Source of the DNA: a virus | Lineage: Duplodnaviria > Caudoviricetes | Length of the DNA: 36,390 nt | Virus record (IMG/VR): IMGVR_UViG_3300035135_001001 | Span: 1-36,390 of that record | Reading direction: 5' to 3' (one strand) | Shown here: piece by piece, positions 24,990 to 36,100 of the stretch | Position numbering within the stretch: position 1 is the first letter of the stretch | Layout: each line of letters starts with the position of its first letter | Position numbers and translations under genes: made by a program | Notes under the pieces: model-generated | Seen by the model: the letters and a program-made list of their open reading frames with translations, nothing else | The model's database searches: none | Told to the model about the DNA's origin: nothing

Positions 24990-26517
24990 TACGCAAGCCG
25001 CATTTAACTCGGTGCAGCGTAGTGTCAGGAACACCGCCAAATCAACTGCCGCTCTAAATCAGCAATTTAGATTCCTGCGTGGTGGCGCTGGTCAGCTAGG
25101 CCACCAGATTCAGGATATCGCTGTGCAATTGAGCATGGGAACCAATGCGATGATCGTCTTCGGTCAGCAGGGTTCGCAGATAGCCTCACTCTTCGGTCCC
25201 AAAGGAGCAATCATTGGTGCGTTTGCCGCTGTAGCCGCGGCGATTGGTGTCGTTTTTCTCAGGGATGCAAAGCAGGCCAGTAAAGAGCTAGAGAACTTCG
25301 GCGATAAAGCTATTGAGGCTGCTAGAGAGATGGGAATCTTGACTGATGTGTCAAGAGACTTCCTTATAAATATACAGAGAACGAGACTTAACAACGCCGC
25401 AAACGAGTTACAGACCTTTAAGCAAAGGGCGGCAGAGTCTGATGAGGCGCTGGCTCAACTAATAAAAGATCAGAACGCCTTGATGGGCGGCGCAATGACC
25501 GTAGAGCAGTCTATAAGGCTGCAGGGCGAGACGTTAGAAAATGTAACGGCACAGATCGAAGAGCAGAGAACTGCCTCACAAAATCTAGCCGGCCAGGTTG
25601 AGATATTAACTAGACAGCATTATGAAGAGGCGCAAGCTCTTAGAGCGCTCTTGGAAGGCGCAAACCCGTATGAAGACATAGCGAAGAATGCGGAAGATGC
25701 CACAGCACGGTTAGAGGAAACAATTGCTAAACGCGAAGCGCGCGAACAGGCAGAACTCGATCTTCGAATGGCGAGATTGCAGCAATTACACAGCCTGAAT
25801 AGTTCAGAAATTCAGACGCTTATCGATGCCGATGAGGAGAAGCAAGAGCTCTTTGAGAAAGAGCAAGAACGACAGCAATTAGATTTTCAGGCGAGGCAGG
25901 CCTTAACCGACAACATCATTGCTAATGCCAACAGAGAGCTAGATGCCATAGTCGCCGCAGAAGAAAAGAAGCGACAAGCGCAAATGATGACCCTGCAAAA
26001 CAACAGTCTGCTGGTGTCGAACGCGCAACAAATGACCCAATCTATTATTGGGAACATGGATCAGCAGAGCGGGGCATACAAAGCTCTGTTTGCGTTACAA
26101 CAAGCCTTAGCTATCGCCCAAACAATCATTCAATACGAAGTAGCGATAGCGCAGGCTAAAGGACAGCTAGGGATATTCGGCCTGCCAATGGAGGCTCTTT
26201 TAAGAGCGCAGCAAGTAGCCGCTGTCTCAATCATTGCAGGACAGACAATAGCTGGGTTTGAAGGAGGCGGTATTATTCCTGATGGCCCTCGCGCTGGCGG
26301 TGTAGACGGCCGCGGTGGACGCATGGCGATTGTTCACCCGAATGAGAAAATTACTGATATGCGACGAGGCGGTGACTCTCAGCCGGTAAACATTAGTTTT
26401 AATATCCAGGCTAATGATGCAGAGGGCTTCGATCAGCTACTTATGAAGCGGCGCGGCATGATTATGAGCATGGTTAATAAGGCAATCAATAATCGCGGTA
26501 GGAGGTCATTAACGTAA
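24940..26517 (+). CDS. tape measure protein (525 aa)
   Basis: QIQDIAVQL.MG..GQQGSQ..FGP.GA; Ala/Gln/Glu-rich helices; GG.DGRGG..HPNE tail. Confidence 0.92.
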   Translation: MATKQTLVVGELTAVDNTQAAFNSVQRSVRNTAKSTAALNQQFRFLRGGAGQLGHQIQDIAVQLSMGTNAMIVFGQQGSQIASLFGPKGAIIGAFAAVAAAIGVVFLRDAKQASKELENFGDKAIEAAREMGILTDVSRDFLINIQRTRLNNAANELQTFKQRAAESDEALAQLIKDQNALMGGAMTVEQSIRLQGETLENVTAQIEEQRTASQNLAGQVEILTRQHYEEAQALRALLEGANPYEDIAKNAEDATARLEETIAKREAREQAELDLRMARLQQLHSLNSSEIQTLIDADEEKQELFEKEQERQQLDFQARQALTDNIIANANRELDAIVAAEEKKRQAQMMTLQNNSLLVSNAQQMTQSIIGNMDQQSGAYKALFALQQALAIAQTIIQYEVAIAQAKGQLGIFGLPMEALLRAQQVAAVSIIAGQTIAGFEGGGIIPDGPRAGGVDGRGGRMAIVHPNEKITDMRRGGDSQPVNISFNIQANDAEGFDQLLMKRRGMIMSMVNKAINNRGRRSLT

Positions 26518-26870
26518 TGGCAGACTTTCCTAGCTCCCCAGGTTTCCGTTCTGTTGATACGCGGATACGTCATTATCACATGACTAGCGAAAGTGTTAAC
26601 GGCAGGCGGCAAGTGCGGTCTCTGAACTCTAGCAGGAGGGAATTCACTCTCGTATTCCCACCCATGACCCGCGCTGAATTCGACCCGATTCATGACTTCA
26701 TTAATACGAAAGAGGGACCGTTTACAACGTTTACCATTGACCTACCCGATCCAGATCAAGACGCATTTGAAACAGTGACATGCCGTTTTGATGGTGACGT
26801 GCAAGAGTTCTCTGTCGGCGTGGATGGATTGTATGAGTTCGAGGTCGATCTTATTGAGGAGATCACATGA
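26517..26870 (+). CDS. distal tail protein (Dit/gpM-like)
   Basis: position after TMP; FPP.TR.EF..F..P; ends LIEE. Confidence 0.7.
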   Translation: MADFPSSPGFRSVDTRIRHYHMTSESVNGRRQVRSLNSSRREFTLVFPPMTRAEFDPIHDFINTKEGPFTTFTIDLPDPDQDAFETVTCRFDGDVQEFSVGVDGLYEFEVDLIEEIT

Positions 26871-27421
26871 GTCGTGGGTTATCGGCTACATGGACGAATG
26901 CACTCAATGACAACCAGTTTCGCCTGGCGACACTATTGCGTATCCAGCTTTCTACAGAGCTTCGTCTGACTGACTATGGGGCAGACCTGACCTATTCATC
27001 TTTAACGTATGGTAACAGTGCTGACGTTATAGATATTGGTGATGTAACGGAGACGGGTGCGCTCAAAGTCAACGAGATGAATATCACTCTGACCGGAGCG
27101 GACAGAAGCTATATCGCCGCGTTCCTATCGAATAATTTCATCAATGAACGACTGTTAATCTATAGAGCGTTAGTAGCCGCCAACGACACTGTTTCAGATG
27201 TCTTTACATTTTTTGATGGTCGGATTACGGCGTTCAACATCGCTGACTCAGGCTATAGAAGTGAAATAGTTATATCTGCCGCCAGCCACTGGGTTGATTT
27301 CGACAAGGTCAGATGCCGCAGAACCAACCTCAAGAGTCAGCAATCTTTTTTCTCGTCAGATGTTGGAATGGAATACGCCCACATCAAGACTAAAGATTTG
27401 AGATGGGGTAGGAGCGGCTAA
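26867..27421 (+). CDS. tail tip/baseplate hub component
   Basis: F.GRI, SHW.DF, D.G.EY, WG terminus. Confidence 0.7.
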   Translation: MSRGLSATWTNALNDNQFRLATLLRIQLSTELRLTDYGADLTYSSLTYGNSADVIDIGDVTETGALKVNEMNITLTGADRSYIAAFLSNNFINERLLIYRALVAANDTVSDVFTFFDGRITAFNIADSGYRSEIVISAASHWVDFDKVRCRRTNLKSQQSFFSSDVGMEYAHIKTKDLRWGRSG

Positions 27422-30400
27422 TGATATTAGGAGTATTAGTAGCGATCGCTGTTGCTGTCGGTGGGCTTTCATATAAAGCAGCCCGGGATGCACAGAAAGC
27501 CGCGAAAAAAGCCGCAGAGGCCATGGCAGGCGTTCTGGTCAACAAGGAATCTAATGTACAGGCGATTCCGGTTATTTATGGCGAGCGTCGAGTAGGTGGC
27601 ACCCGTGTATTCGTTCACACAGAGGGTGGCGACAAAAACGATTACCTCTATATATGCCTCGTGTTGTGTGAGGGTGAGATCGAATCAATCACAGACATTG
27701 AGATAGATGACAGGTCGATTTCTGATGATAGATATTTTGGCTTAGTTCAGTACCAGACCTTTACGGGAACGAATAGTCAAACAGCAAGCTCATTGCTTTC
27801 CGCAACTTCTAAGTGGGGTTCCAGCCACACTTTAAATGGCATCGCGTACATAGCAGTCCGTCTGGAATGGAATCAGGATGCATTTTCTGGGATACCTGAT
27901 ATAACCGCTGTTGTGAAGGGCAGAAGAGTTTATGATCCTAGAACAAATACGACAGCCTGGAGTGACAACCCCGCACTTTGCATAAGGGATTATCTTACTC
28001 AGTCAAGATACGGCAAAGGGTTGTCATCGAGTGAAATAAACGACACTGCATTTGAGCAGGCTGCAGATGACATAGAGGATTTTACGGTCACAGAATATTC
28101 TGGCGGGCCTAGTAGTCAACAGTTGTTTAAGTGCAACGCAGTTATTGATACCGATGATCCTATATTCCAAAACCTCGAGAAAATGCTTCTGGGATGTAAA
28201 GGATTCCTTCCCTACCAAGATGGTAAATATGCTCTCTACATAGATCAGTCTGCATCATCAGTCATGACGTTGACTGAGAACGAGATACTGGACGGCCTAT
28301 CAATACAGTCAGAGCGCAAAGAAGACAAGTTCAATAGGGTCGTTTGTAAGTTCCCCAACCCAGCTACCAAATGGGAGCCAGATCAGGCGATTTGGCCCGA
28401 TGCTGGATCAAGTGAAGAGCTGGCATTTTTGTCTGCTGATGACAATGAAGTGCTGATAGATGAGGTTGACCTAGAGACTGTAACTAGCTATTACGCTGCG
28501 CGGGATTTCGCCCGTATATTCTGCTTGCGCTCTAGGAATGCTCTTCGGACCGCTTTCACGGCCACATCTGAGGCAATTAATCTGCGTGTGGGTGATGTTG
28601 TGTCTATCACGCATAGCACCCCAGGATGGAGCGCCAAGCCATTTCAGGTCGAATCGCTGACACTTAAATATGATGGCACCGTTGATTTGCAGTGTGTCGA
28701 ATATGACTCAACGATTTACGCTTACGATAGCGCATCTGAAGAGACTACTTATCCAGATACAGACCTACCCGATCCTTTTGATGTTGATGCGCCCGGGACG
28801 TTCGCAGCCACACCTGGGGCAGAGATTTTGCCCGATGGCAGCATTAACTCATTTGTAGATTTGTCATGGACTGCAAGTGACGATGCATTTGTTTCATATT
28901 ATGAGGTTCAGGTATTTGGCAATGAGTTGGCGTTTAACGATCAGACGTTTTATGAGGAAACCGAAGAAACCTCAGTCAGGATCAACGGCTTAACATCTGG
29001 CGTTGATTACATCGCAAAAATAAAAGCTGTAAATACACTGGGTGTTCGATCTGGCACTGTAAGCGCTGCATTCACGGCCGTAGGCGACACAGTAGCGCCT
29101 GGCAACCCTACTAGCGTGACCGCACAAGGTGGAATGCGAAAAGTTGATATCTTTTGGACTAACCCGGTAGATAAAGACTTAGCGTATGTGGAAATAAAGC
29201 GCGCGACTAATTCCACAGAAGCAAACGCGATCAGCATTGGTAGGTCGGCTGGAACGAGTTATACAGACCCGCGGCCAGCAGGCGTTGCTAATTACTGGTA
29301 CTGGGTAAGAGCAGTAGATACCAGCGGCAACAAAAGTGTGTCATCAGATACTGCGGGATGGGTAGCCGCATCCGATAACCCTGCTACGACTGTGCAACTC
29401 GCATCAGAGGATTTTTCAACGGGCATCGTTGAGGTTGATTATCTCAGCGGAGACATAGTAGATAACCAGTATTCCGTGGCGATGATCGCCAACCCGGATG
29501 ATGCCACGCAAATAGAAGCGCATGGCTTCGGTTTAATCGGTGATTATGATCCTGACGATACCAGCACGTTCACGTCGCAATTTATAGTTAACGCCAACAA
29601 ATTCGCTATTGGCACTCCGCAAGTCGGCGGCAACACGTCATTTATTCCGTTTGTGGTTTATACAACGGCTACGAGTGTCACACTGCCTGATGGCACATCG
29701 AGGACATTTGATCCCGGTGTTTACATGAGTTTCGCCAGTATTGGTGAGCTTGTTGCTAATCAAATAACTGCCGGGTACTTCAATCTAGCCAATGAAGACG
29801 GAATGCACATACGGCAAGGCAAAACATCACCCAGCACCGCCGGGAATGGGTTTTGGATAGGAAATGAGTCAGATGGCTCTGGGGGCCAGGATGCGAAGTT
29901 CTACATTGGTACAACTAGCAACTACATGTATTTCGATGCTAGCAATGCCACCCCGTTCCGCGCATCAGGCATTGAGATACTCGACTCTGATAACAATGTC
30001 ATCCTGTCATCAGGCGGTGTCAGAACAGCAGTCGGAAATAACTACGCCTATAACAGCCATTTCAATCTAGGCTCGGAAGGCTGGACAACTAACGGGACAA
30101 TTGGCAGCACTGTGGTGTTTGGCTATGACGCCACTGTTGGCAAGTATTATGTTGACTGCGACCCAGGCTACTACGTTCAAACTGTAGCGGACTTCCCCAT
30201 AGATGAGGATGAGCCTCAATACCTGTTTGGTGATGTAGCTGGTGCAAGCGGTTATTTTGCTCTAGTGCAAATTGATGCGTCTAATGGCGTGTTAGGTTCA
30301 TTTTTGAGCGGCAGCCAAACATCTCCATCGTTTAGCGCTACAAGAGACTATCGAATAGGGGTCATAAATCCTGACGCTGACTATGTAAGAGCAAATTTAA

Positions 30401-30984
30401 GAGTTGGAACAACATCTGGTGGCTCAACTACGACACGTTTCTATTCTGTTGGCGTATCTCCATCACCGCCAGTGCTAGATGCCAAGATTGCGTCAAGCTA
30501 CATTCGTAATCTATCAGTTGATACGTTGCAGATTGCAGATGCCGCTGTATCAGTACCGGAAGGTAACTCTGACACCTTAAGTGGCACATTAAACATAGGC
30601 GCAACTAATTGGGGAGATATTGGTTCGTCCGTAAGTGTTTCTTGGGATGCAGATGCAGATGCGGCACCACAAGCAATGATAGTAATTGGATCTTTTAGTT
30701 TTGGTGGCACTAACGGAAGTGGTGGCGATGCGGCGGCGGCGACAATCAACATTCGTCCTGAATGTACGTTTGGGTCAGGATCTTCTGTTACTGACATAGG
30801 GAGAATATCTAATTCGTTTGCTTATGGTTTTGGCGGTCAGGTTGTTACTGTGGCGCACATTGATCTTTCTGGTAAAGGGTCGCCAGCTACCGTTCAGCTA
30901 CAGGGTAATCAGGTTAATTTTGATGGTAGCAATACCCGTGCTTTAGATAGATACACATTATCGGTGTTTGTGGCGAAAAGATGA
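27421..30984 (+). CDS. central tail tip/host specificity protein (gpJ-like, FN3 domains)
   Basis: IPVIYG.R.VGG, V.GR.VYDPR..WS.NPAL..RDYL, YWVRAVD.SGN. Confidence 0.9.
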   Translation: MILGVLVAIAVAVGGLSYKAARDAQKAAKKAAEAMAGVLVNKESNVQAIPVIYGERRVGGTRVFVHTEGGDKNDYLYICLVLCEGEIESITDIEIDDRSISDDRYFGLVQYQTFTGTNSQTASSLLSATSKWGSSHTLNGIAYIAVRLEWNQDAFSGIPDITAVVKGRRVYDPRTNTTAWSDNPALCIRDYLTQSRYGKGLSSSEINDTAFEQAADDIEDFTVTEYSGGPSSQQLFKCNAVIDTDDPIFQNLEKMLLGCKGFLPYQDGKYALYIDQSASSVMTLTENEILDGLSIQSERKEDKFNRVVCKFPNPATKWEPDQAIWPDAGSSEELAFLSADDNEVLIDEVDLETVTSYYAARDFARIFCLRSRNALRTAFTATSEAINLRVGDVVSITHSTPGWSAKPFQVESLTLKYDGTVDLQCVEYDSTIYAYDSASEETTYPDTDLPDPFDVDAPGTFAATPGAEILPDGSINSFVDLSWTASDDAFVSYYEVQVFGNELAFNDQTFYEETEETSVRINGLTSGVDYIAKIKAVNTLGVRSGTVSAAFTAVGDTVAPGNPTSVTAQGGMRKVDIFWTNPVDKDLAYVEIKRATNSTEANAISIGRSAGTSYTDPRPAGVANYWYWVRAVDTSGNKSVSSDTAGWVAASDNPATTVQLASEDFSTGIVEVDYLSGDIVDNQYSVAMIANPDDATQIEAHGFGLIGDYDPDDTSTFTSQFIVNANKFAIGTPQVGGNTSFIPFVVYTTATSVTLPDGTSRTFDPGVYMSFASIGELVANQITAGYFNLANEDGMHIRQGKTSPSTAGNGFWIGNESDGSGGQDAKFYIGTTSNYMYFDASNATPFRASGIEILDSDNNVILSSGGVRTAVGNNYAYNSHFNLGSEGWTTNGTIGSTVVFGYDATVGKYYVDCDPGYYVQTVADFPIDEDEPQYLFGDVAGASGYFALVQIDASNGVLGSFLSGSQTSPSFSATRDYRIGVINPDADYVRANLRVGTTSGGSTTTRFYSVGVSPSPPVLDAKIASSYIRNLSVDTLQIADAAVSVPEGNSDTLSGTLNIGATNWGDIGSSVSVSWDADADAAPQAMIVIGSFSFGGTNGSGGDAAAATINIRPECTFGSGSSVTDIGRISNSFAYGFGGQVVTVAHIDLSGKGSPATVQLQGNQVNFDGSNTRALDRYTLSVFVAKR

Positions 30985-31568
30985 GTAGAGGAACTGCACT
31001 TATATATAGGGAAACGGGCGAGATTATTGGAGTTCGCTCGGGCGCTATCGCTAATATTCAGATCGACATAGACAAGAATAATGGGCGTGGCATTTTTGTT
31101 GAGTCCAGCGATGTTCCTGAAGATACTGATGCTTACTATGTGTCAGACGATGGGGTATTAACACCAAAGGGAGCACAGCCATCAGAGGGCCATGTATTTA
31201 ATTACTCCACAGAGCAGTGGGAATTAGACCTTGACCTAGCCCGTAGCAAGAAGTGGAGAGCCATAAAGCTAGCGAGAAAGGCGCAAGAGCTATCTACCTT
31301 TGAGTGGAATACGCACACCTTTCAGTGCGACGAAGATAGCCAGATGCGAATACAGTCAGCGGTACAGGCTGCGTTGATTGATGATGGCTTGAGCATGGTG
31401 TGGACGCTAGCCGATAACACCACTCAAACCTTCACGGCCACGCAGATAAAACAGATCGGCCAAGCCCTTGCAAATCATGTAAATGCATGTCATGAGCGTG
31501 GTAGAATATTGCGGCAACAAATCCAAGCTGCAACCACTCAAGAGGAACTGGAGGCCATTGCCTGGTGA
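30981..31568 (+). CDS. DUF4376-like tail accessory protein
   Basis: W..IK..R..F..D..S..RI..WTLADN..ELEAI.W. Confidence 0.75.
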   Translation: MSRGTALIYRETGEIIGVRSGAIANIQIDIDKNNGRGIFVESSDVPEDTDAYYVSDDGVLTPKGAQPSEGHVFNYSTEQWELDLDLARSKKWRAIKLARKAQELSTFEWNTHTFQCDEDSQMRIQSAVQAALIDDGLSMVWTLADNTTQTFTATQIKQIGQALANHVNACHERGRILRQQIQAATTQEELEAIAW

Positions 31569-31897
31569 CTACAATTTATCTGGTACAGGGCGATACAGGG
31601 CCGCAAATCAAGATCACGTTAACCAGGGAGGGAACCGGCACGGCCGTTGATCTTTCTGGTGGCACAGCGCGACTCAAAGTACGGAAAAAAGGCAGCGCTA
31701 GCACGTTATTCACACTGACCGCGTCAGATATTGGAGATAACTTAGAAAACGGGTTGCTCTACTTTTCTCTCGATGGGGGTCAGCTAGCGACCATCACTCC
31801 AGGCAAGTATGAGGGCGAGATAGAAGCCACGTTCTCAGATGCCATTGTCGAAACTGTTTACGAAAAGGTTGATATTGTCATTCGCGAGGACTTCTGA
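31565..31897 (+). CDS. BppU N-terminal-like baseplate protein
   Basis: LVQGDT.P..VDL.G..G.YEGEIE..REDF. Confidence 0.75.
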   Translation: MTTIYLVQGDTGPQIKITLTREGTGTAVDLSGGTARLKVRKKGSASTLFTLTASDIGDNLENGLLYFSLDGGQLATITPGKYEGEIEATFSDAIVETVYEKVDIVIREDF

Positions 31898-32709
31898 TGT
31901 CCGGTATAAAACGGACAATCACGAGTCTAAGGCCTATAGCAGAGGTCGTAAGCCGTAGCGCAAAAGCCAGTATTACATCACTGCGAGTTGTCGTAGATAC
32001 AATCGCCACTGGTTACTTTCTAATCATCCGCACCTTTTCTGACGCATTGGGCGTCACTGACTCTGATAGCAAGGCCATAGGTAAGGCGCTGACAGACGCG
32101 CCATCTGTTACTGACAGTCCCGCAAAGTCAGTAGGCAAGCCAGCATCAGATAGCGCGGCAATAACAGACGATCAAACCACACAGTTTGGCAAGAACCCAA
32201 GCGATTCTGCCGCGTTTACGGATGAGATCACCAGAGCCTTTAGTAAAGCGTTTTCGGACAATGTGCCTATTACAGACGCGCATTCGGTAGCGTTTTCCAG
32301 AGGGTTTAGCGATTCGCTAGGGTCTACAGACGTACACGTTATAGACCTTGGCAAAAATCTATCAGACAGTGCTGCACTGACAGATAGTAATGTCATCGAT
32401 TTTAGTAAGTACCTAGAGAACAGCGCAGGGCTTACAGACACGCAGACCAACGCGATTGGCAAGACCCTATCTGATACAATTAATGCTACAGATGACTCCA
32501 ATGGAGCCGCTGTAGGGGATGACCAGACTGCCGATTTCTTCAAGAATACCAGCGATGGGATCGGTGTTGCTGAGAACAAAACCGCACAATTTACCAAGGT
32601 GGCCTCAGATGGTGGCTCTGTAGCCGATTCTGGAACCATCGTAAACCAAGACTACTGCGACATTAGTTACTTTCTAGAGGATTATGTTGGGGTAGCCAGA
32701 ACCTTCTGA
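31897..32709 (+). CDS. repeat-rich virion protein (~19-aa SD....TD repeats)
   Basis: periodic K..SD....TD units; ends YFLEDYVG. Confidence 0.8.
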   Translation: MSGIKRTITSLRPIAEVVSRSAKASITSLRVVVDTIATGYFLIIRTFSDALGVTDSDSKAIGKALTDAPSVTDSPAKSVGKPASDSAAITDDQTTQFGKNPSDSAAFTDEITRAFSKAFSDNVPITDAHSVAFSRGFSDSLGSTDVHVIDLGKNLSDSAALTDSNVIDFSKYLENSAGLTDTQTNAIGKTLSDTINATDDSNGAAVGDDQTADFFKNTSDGIGVAENKTAQFTKVASDGGSVADSGTIVNQDYCDISYFLEDYVGVARTF

Positions 32710-32717
32710 GGTGGATT

Positions 32718-33164
32718 ATGGAAGATAGTTTGAAGTTAAAAGGTGACGTATTCATCACTGTCAAAGACAAGGATGGCAACGTTAAAGAGGAGCGGCACGA
32801 AAATAACCTTGTGGTATCCGCAGGGCTTAACTTTATTTGTGACCGCATGGAAGGCACCAGCGAGGCTGTCATGTCGCACATGGGCTTAGGCTCTGGCACA
32901 ACTGCTGCGGCGGCCGGCGACACAGACCTGGGGTCAATCCTGGGATCGAGAGAGGCGCTAGACAGCACAACCGTATCTAGCAATACGATTACTTATGTCT
33001 CATCGTTTGAGGCTGGTGACGCTACTGGTGCGGTTACAGAGGCAGGCATCTTTAATGCGTCTACTGGTGGCACCATGTTGTGCCGCGTTGTGTTCTCAGA
33101 AATCAACAAGGCCGCTGACGACACTATGTCGGTCACTTGGGTAATCACTTTAACTGCATCTTAA
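32718..33164 (+). CDS. virion structural protein (tail collar/fibre-attachment type)
   Basis: NLVV..G, G.GTTA, EAGIFNA..G.ML.R. Confidence 0.8.
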   Translation: MEDSLKLKGDVFITVKDKDGNVKEERHENNLVVSAGLNFICDRMEGTSEAVMSHMGLGSGTTAAAAGDTDLGSILGSREALDSTTVSSNTITYVSSFEAGDATGAVTEAGIFNASTGGTMLCRVVFSEINKAADDTMSVTWVITLTAS

Positions 33165-33184
33165 TTTAGTAGGGGCGCATCTCT

Positions 33185-36100
33185 ATGGCTACTATCGTTA
33201 CACGGGAAACAACCCAAACGGACGGCACAAGTCCTAAAGGTTCGCCCCTTACTAATGCAGAGGTAGATACCAACTTTATCAATTTGAATGACGATAAGGT
33301 TGAGGTATCCGGTGCGATCATCTTTCAAGCCCAAGCTGGCGAAGCCCTAACAAAAGGCGATGTTGTCTATGTCTCTGGTGTATCAGGTAATACTCCTGTT
33401 GTATCAAAGGCTGATGCTGATGACGCTAGCAAGATGCCTGCTTATGGTTTGGCAGAAGCAGACGCAAACCTTAACGCGGCAGTTAATGTTGTCACCTTTG
33501 GCACACTTTACGATCTTGATACCTCTAGTTTTGCCGCTGGCGACATCGTTTACGTTTCCACTACGGCGGGAGCGATAACGGATACAGCGCCTACGGGTGA
33601 GTCATCCCTGCTTCAGAATATCGGTACGGTTATCCGATCTCATGCGTCTGCTGGCTCTATTAAGGTCGGTGGCGCAGGCAGGACAAACGCCACGCCCAAC
33701 CTTAATGATGGCAATGTCTTTATTGGCAACGCTAGTAATCAAGCAGAGGCTAGGGCGCTTACTGGCGATGATATATCAGGCGGCACTATCACTAGCTTTG
33801 CGTCTACTGGTATTGACGATAACGCTACGTCTACGGCTATCACTATTGACTCAAGCCAGAATACGACTTTCGCAGGAACCATTACCTCTGGCGACATAAT
33901 TATTTCAGAAGGCACACCGCTTCTCCGGATTCAAGACTCTGACGGGACCAATCAGTACACTCAGCTTACTAACACAAACGGCAATACATACGTTGGCTCT
34001 AGGAATGACACTGCTGATGGCAATATTCTAATAGGTGGTTATGGCGGTGGTTCATTTACTGAGTTTGCTAGGTGGTCAGATGCTGGCAATTTAACTCAAA
34101 AAAACAACCTTATTGTACAAGGGGCGTTTACATCATTAGGCATCGACGATAACGCTAGTAGCACAGTAATGACAATTGGTTCAGGCGAAACAACTTTCGC
34201 TAGCGACATAGTAATTTCTGCGTCGAGTCCGTCAATAACTTTAGACAACTCTGATAATCCAGACGCTGAACTGCAAGTTGTTGTCGGAAGCGGAAGTAGT
34301 TTTTATAGGGCTCGTGGGGCTACTGGTCACGGCGTTCATGTATTTCAACGGACCAACGGGACAGACACTTTAAAAGTGTTCCAGACTAATTCCAGTGGTG
34401 ACGTTATTTTTTATGAAAATGATGGCGTTACTTCTGGATTAACCTGGGATGCTTCAGCGTCTAAGCTAACTAACTTCACCTCCACAGGCATCGACGATAA
34501 CGCTAACGATACGGCTATCACTATTGATACTAATGAAAATGTGGGTATTGGCGTAACTGATCCCGACAACTTGCTTACAGTAGGCGGTGGCACTCAACCA
34601 AGGATATTAATCAGAGCCAATGGCGATGCTGGAGCCTCCCAGCTTAACTTTGGTGATGCCTCAGATATAGATGTGGGAAGGCTCCGATACGATCACTCTG
34701 ACGATTCAATGGGCTTTTTTACGTCTGCTACAGAGCGTTTGCGTGTTACCAGTAATGGAAACCTTCTTATAGGCCGCGAAACCGAAACACTTGGTGGCGG
34801 CAACGGAGATGACTTGCAAATAGGCTCTGGAGGTGGCGGCGCAGGATTAACAATTCATAGCAGTACTACCAGCAACGGGGATATTCAATTTGCAGATGGC
34901 ACAACTGGCAATTCAAGTTATCGCGGATTAATTAGATATTTACACGCTCAAGACGCGCTTGATTTTTGGACAGCAGGAACACAGCGCATAAGAATTGATT
35001 CGGATGGCGAAACTTCATTTTTTGGTGGCGGTGTTAGCCTTGCAAAAATAGGCAATATCGGCCCGTCAAGTAACAGCGCGATTAGAATATCGCGGATAGA
35101 TTCCACGGTATCAACTGGAAACCCACTTGGTTATTTAGAATTTGGTAGTAATGACGCAACAGGAAGTACGGATACTCCATTTGCGTATGTAGCCGCAGAA
35201 GCAGAGGGCACGTTTGCAAGCGCTGATAATCCTACTGCCTTAGCATTTGGTGTAACGCCAGATGGATCGGGTGCTGTTGCTGAAGCGATGAGAATCACTA
35301 ATGCCGGTGAGCTTCATCTATACAGCGGCGCTATAGATTTAACGGATCAAGAAGACCCGTCACTGCCAGTGAGGGTTGAAAGCACTGGCACTTTAGGAAA
35401 TGGCGGGGCTGGCTATGATTCGTCTATAGAAAATAGCGGGCAACTTCAACTGAACGCGGCTTCCGTCTTAATTACGGACAATTCTACTGTTGCGTCTGGG
35501 TTTCCAACCGCATGGTATGAAATCAATAACGGCTTTAGCTGGGGCAAAGGCTCCAGCACTATTATGAGCGTTGATGGCACTGATAGCGTTTATGAAGCTA
35601 GCGCAGAGCATTCGTTTACGGTTAATGGCGTTGAAGAATTAAGAATAACAAATACAGAAACGTCCGTTTTTGGGACAAGCGGCGATATTTTTACGCTTGT
35701 TGACACTAACTTAACTGCAAGCGCAAGCAATATCGGTAACGTGCGTATCGCATGGGATGACAGCGCAGGCACAAGGGCGGCGTATGTCGGCACCGTAAAC
35801 AGTGGCGATTTCTTCGTAAACAACCAATATGGATCAGTAAAGCTAACGTCAGCAGGGTCTACAAAGCTGACAACCGTAAGTGATGGGATTGATGTCACCG
35901 GAGGAGTGACAGCCAGCGGCACGACAATTTTGGGAAACACCACAACGGGTTCTGGCAGTCCGAGACTGTATGTCGAGGCCACAGGAAACTACACGAGAGA
36001 TTATGACACGGGTGTTACCGGAATTCATGTTGGTTGCAACAACGGCACTGCGGCAGAGGGAGCCTACGGAGGCTCTATTTCATTTGGGCGTATTAGTAGC

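Noticed and set aside
1965-35982. Minus-strand ORFs in the track (e.g. 4174..4563, 21163..21591, 32172..32639, 35590..35982)
   Set aside because: Shadows of well-supported + strand genes with no recognisable motifs
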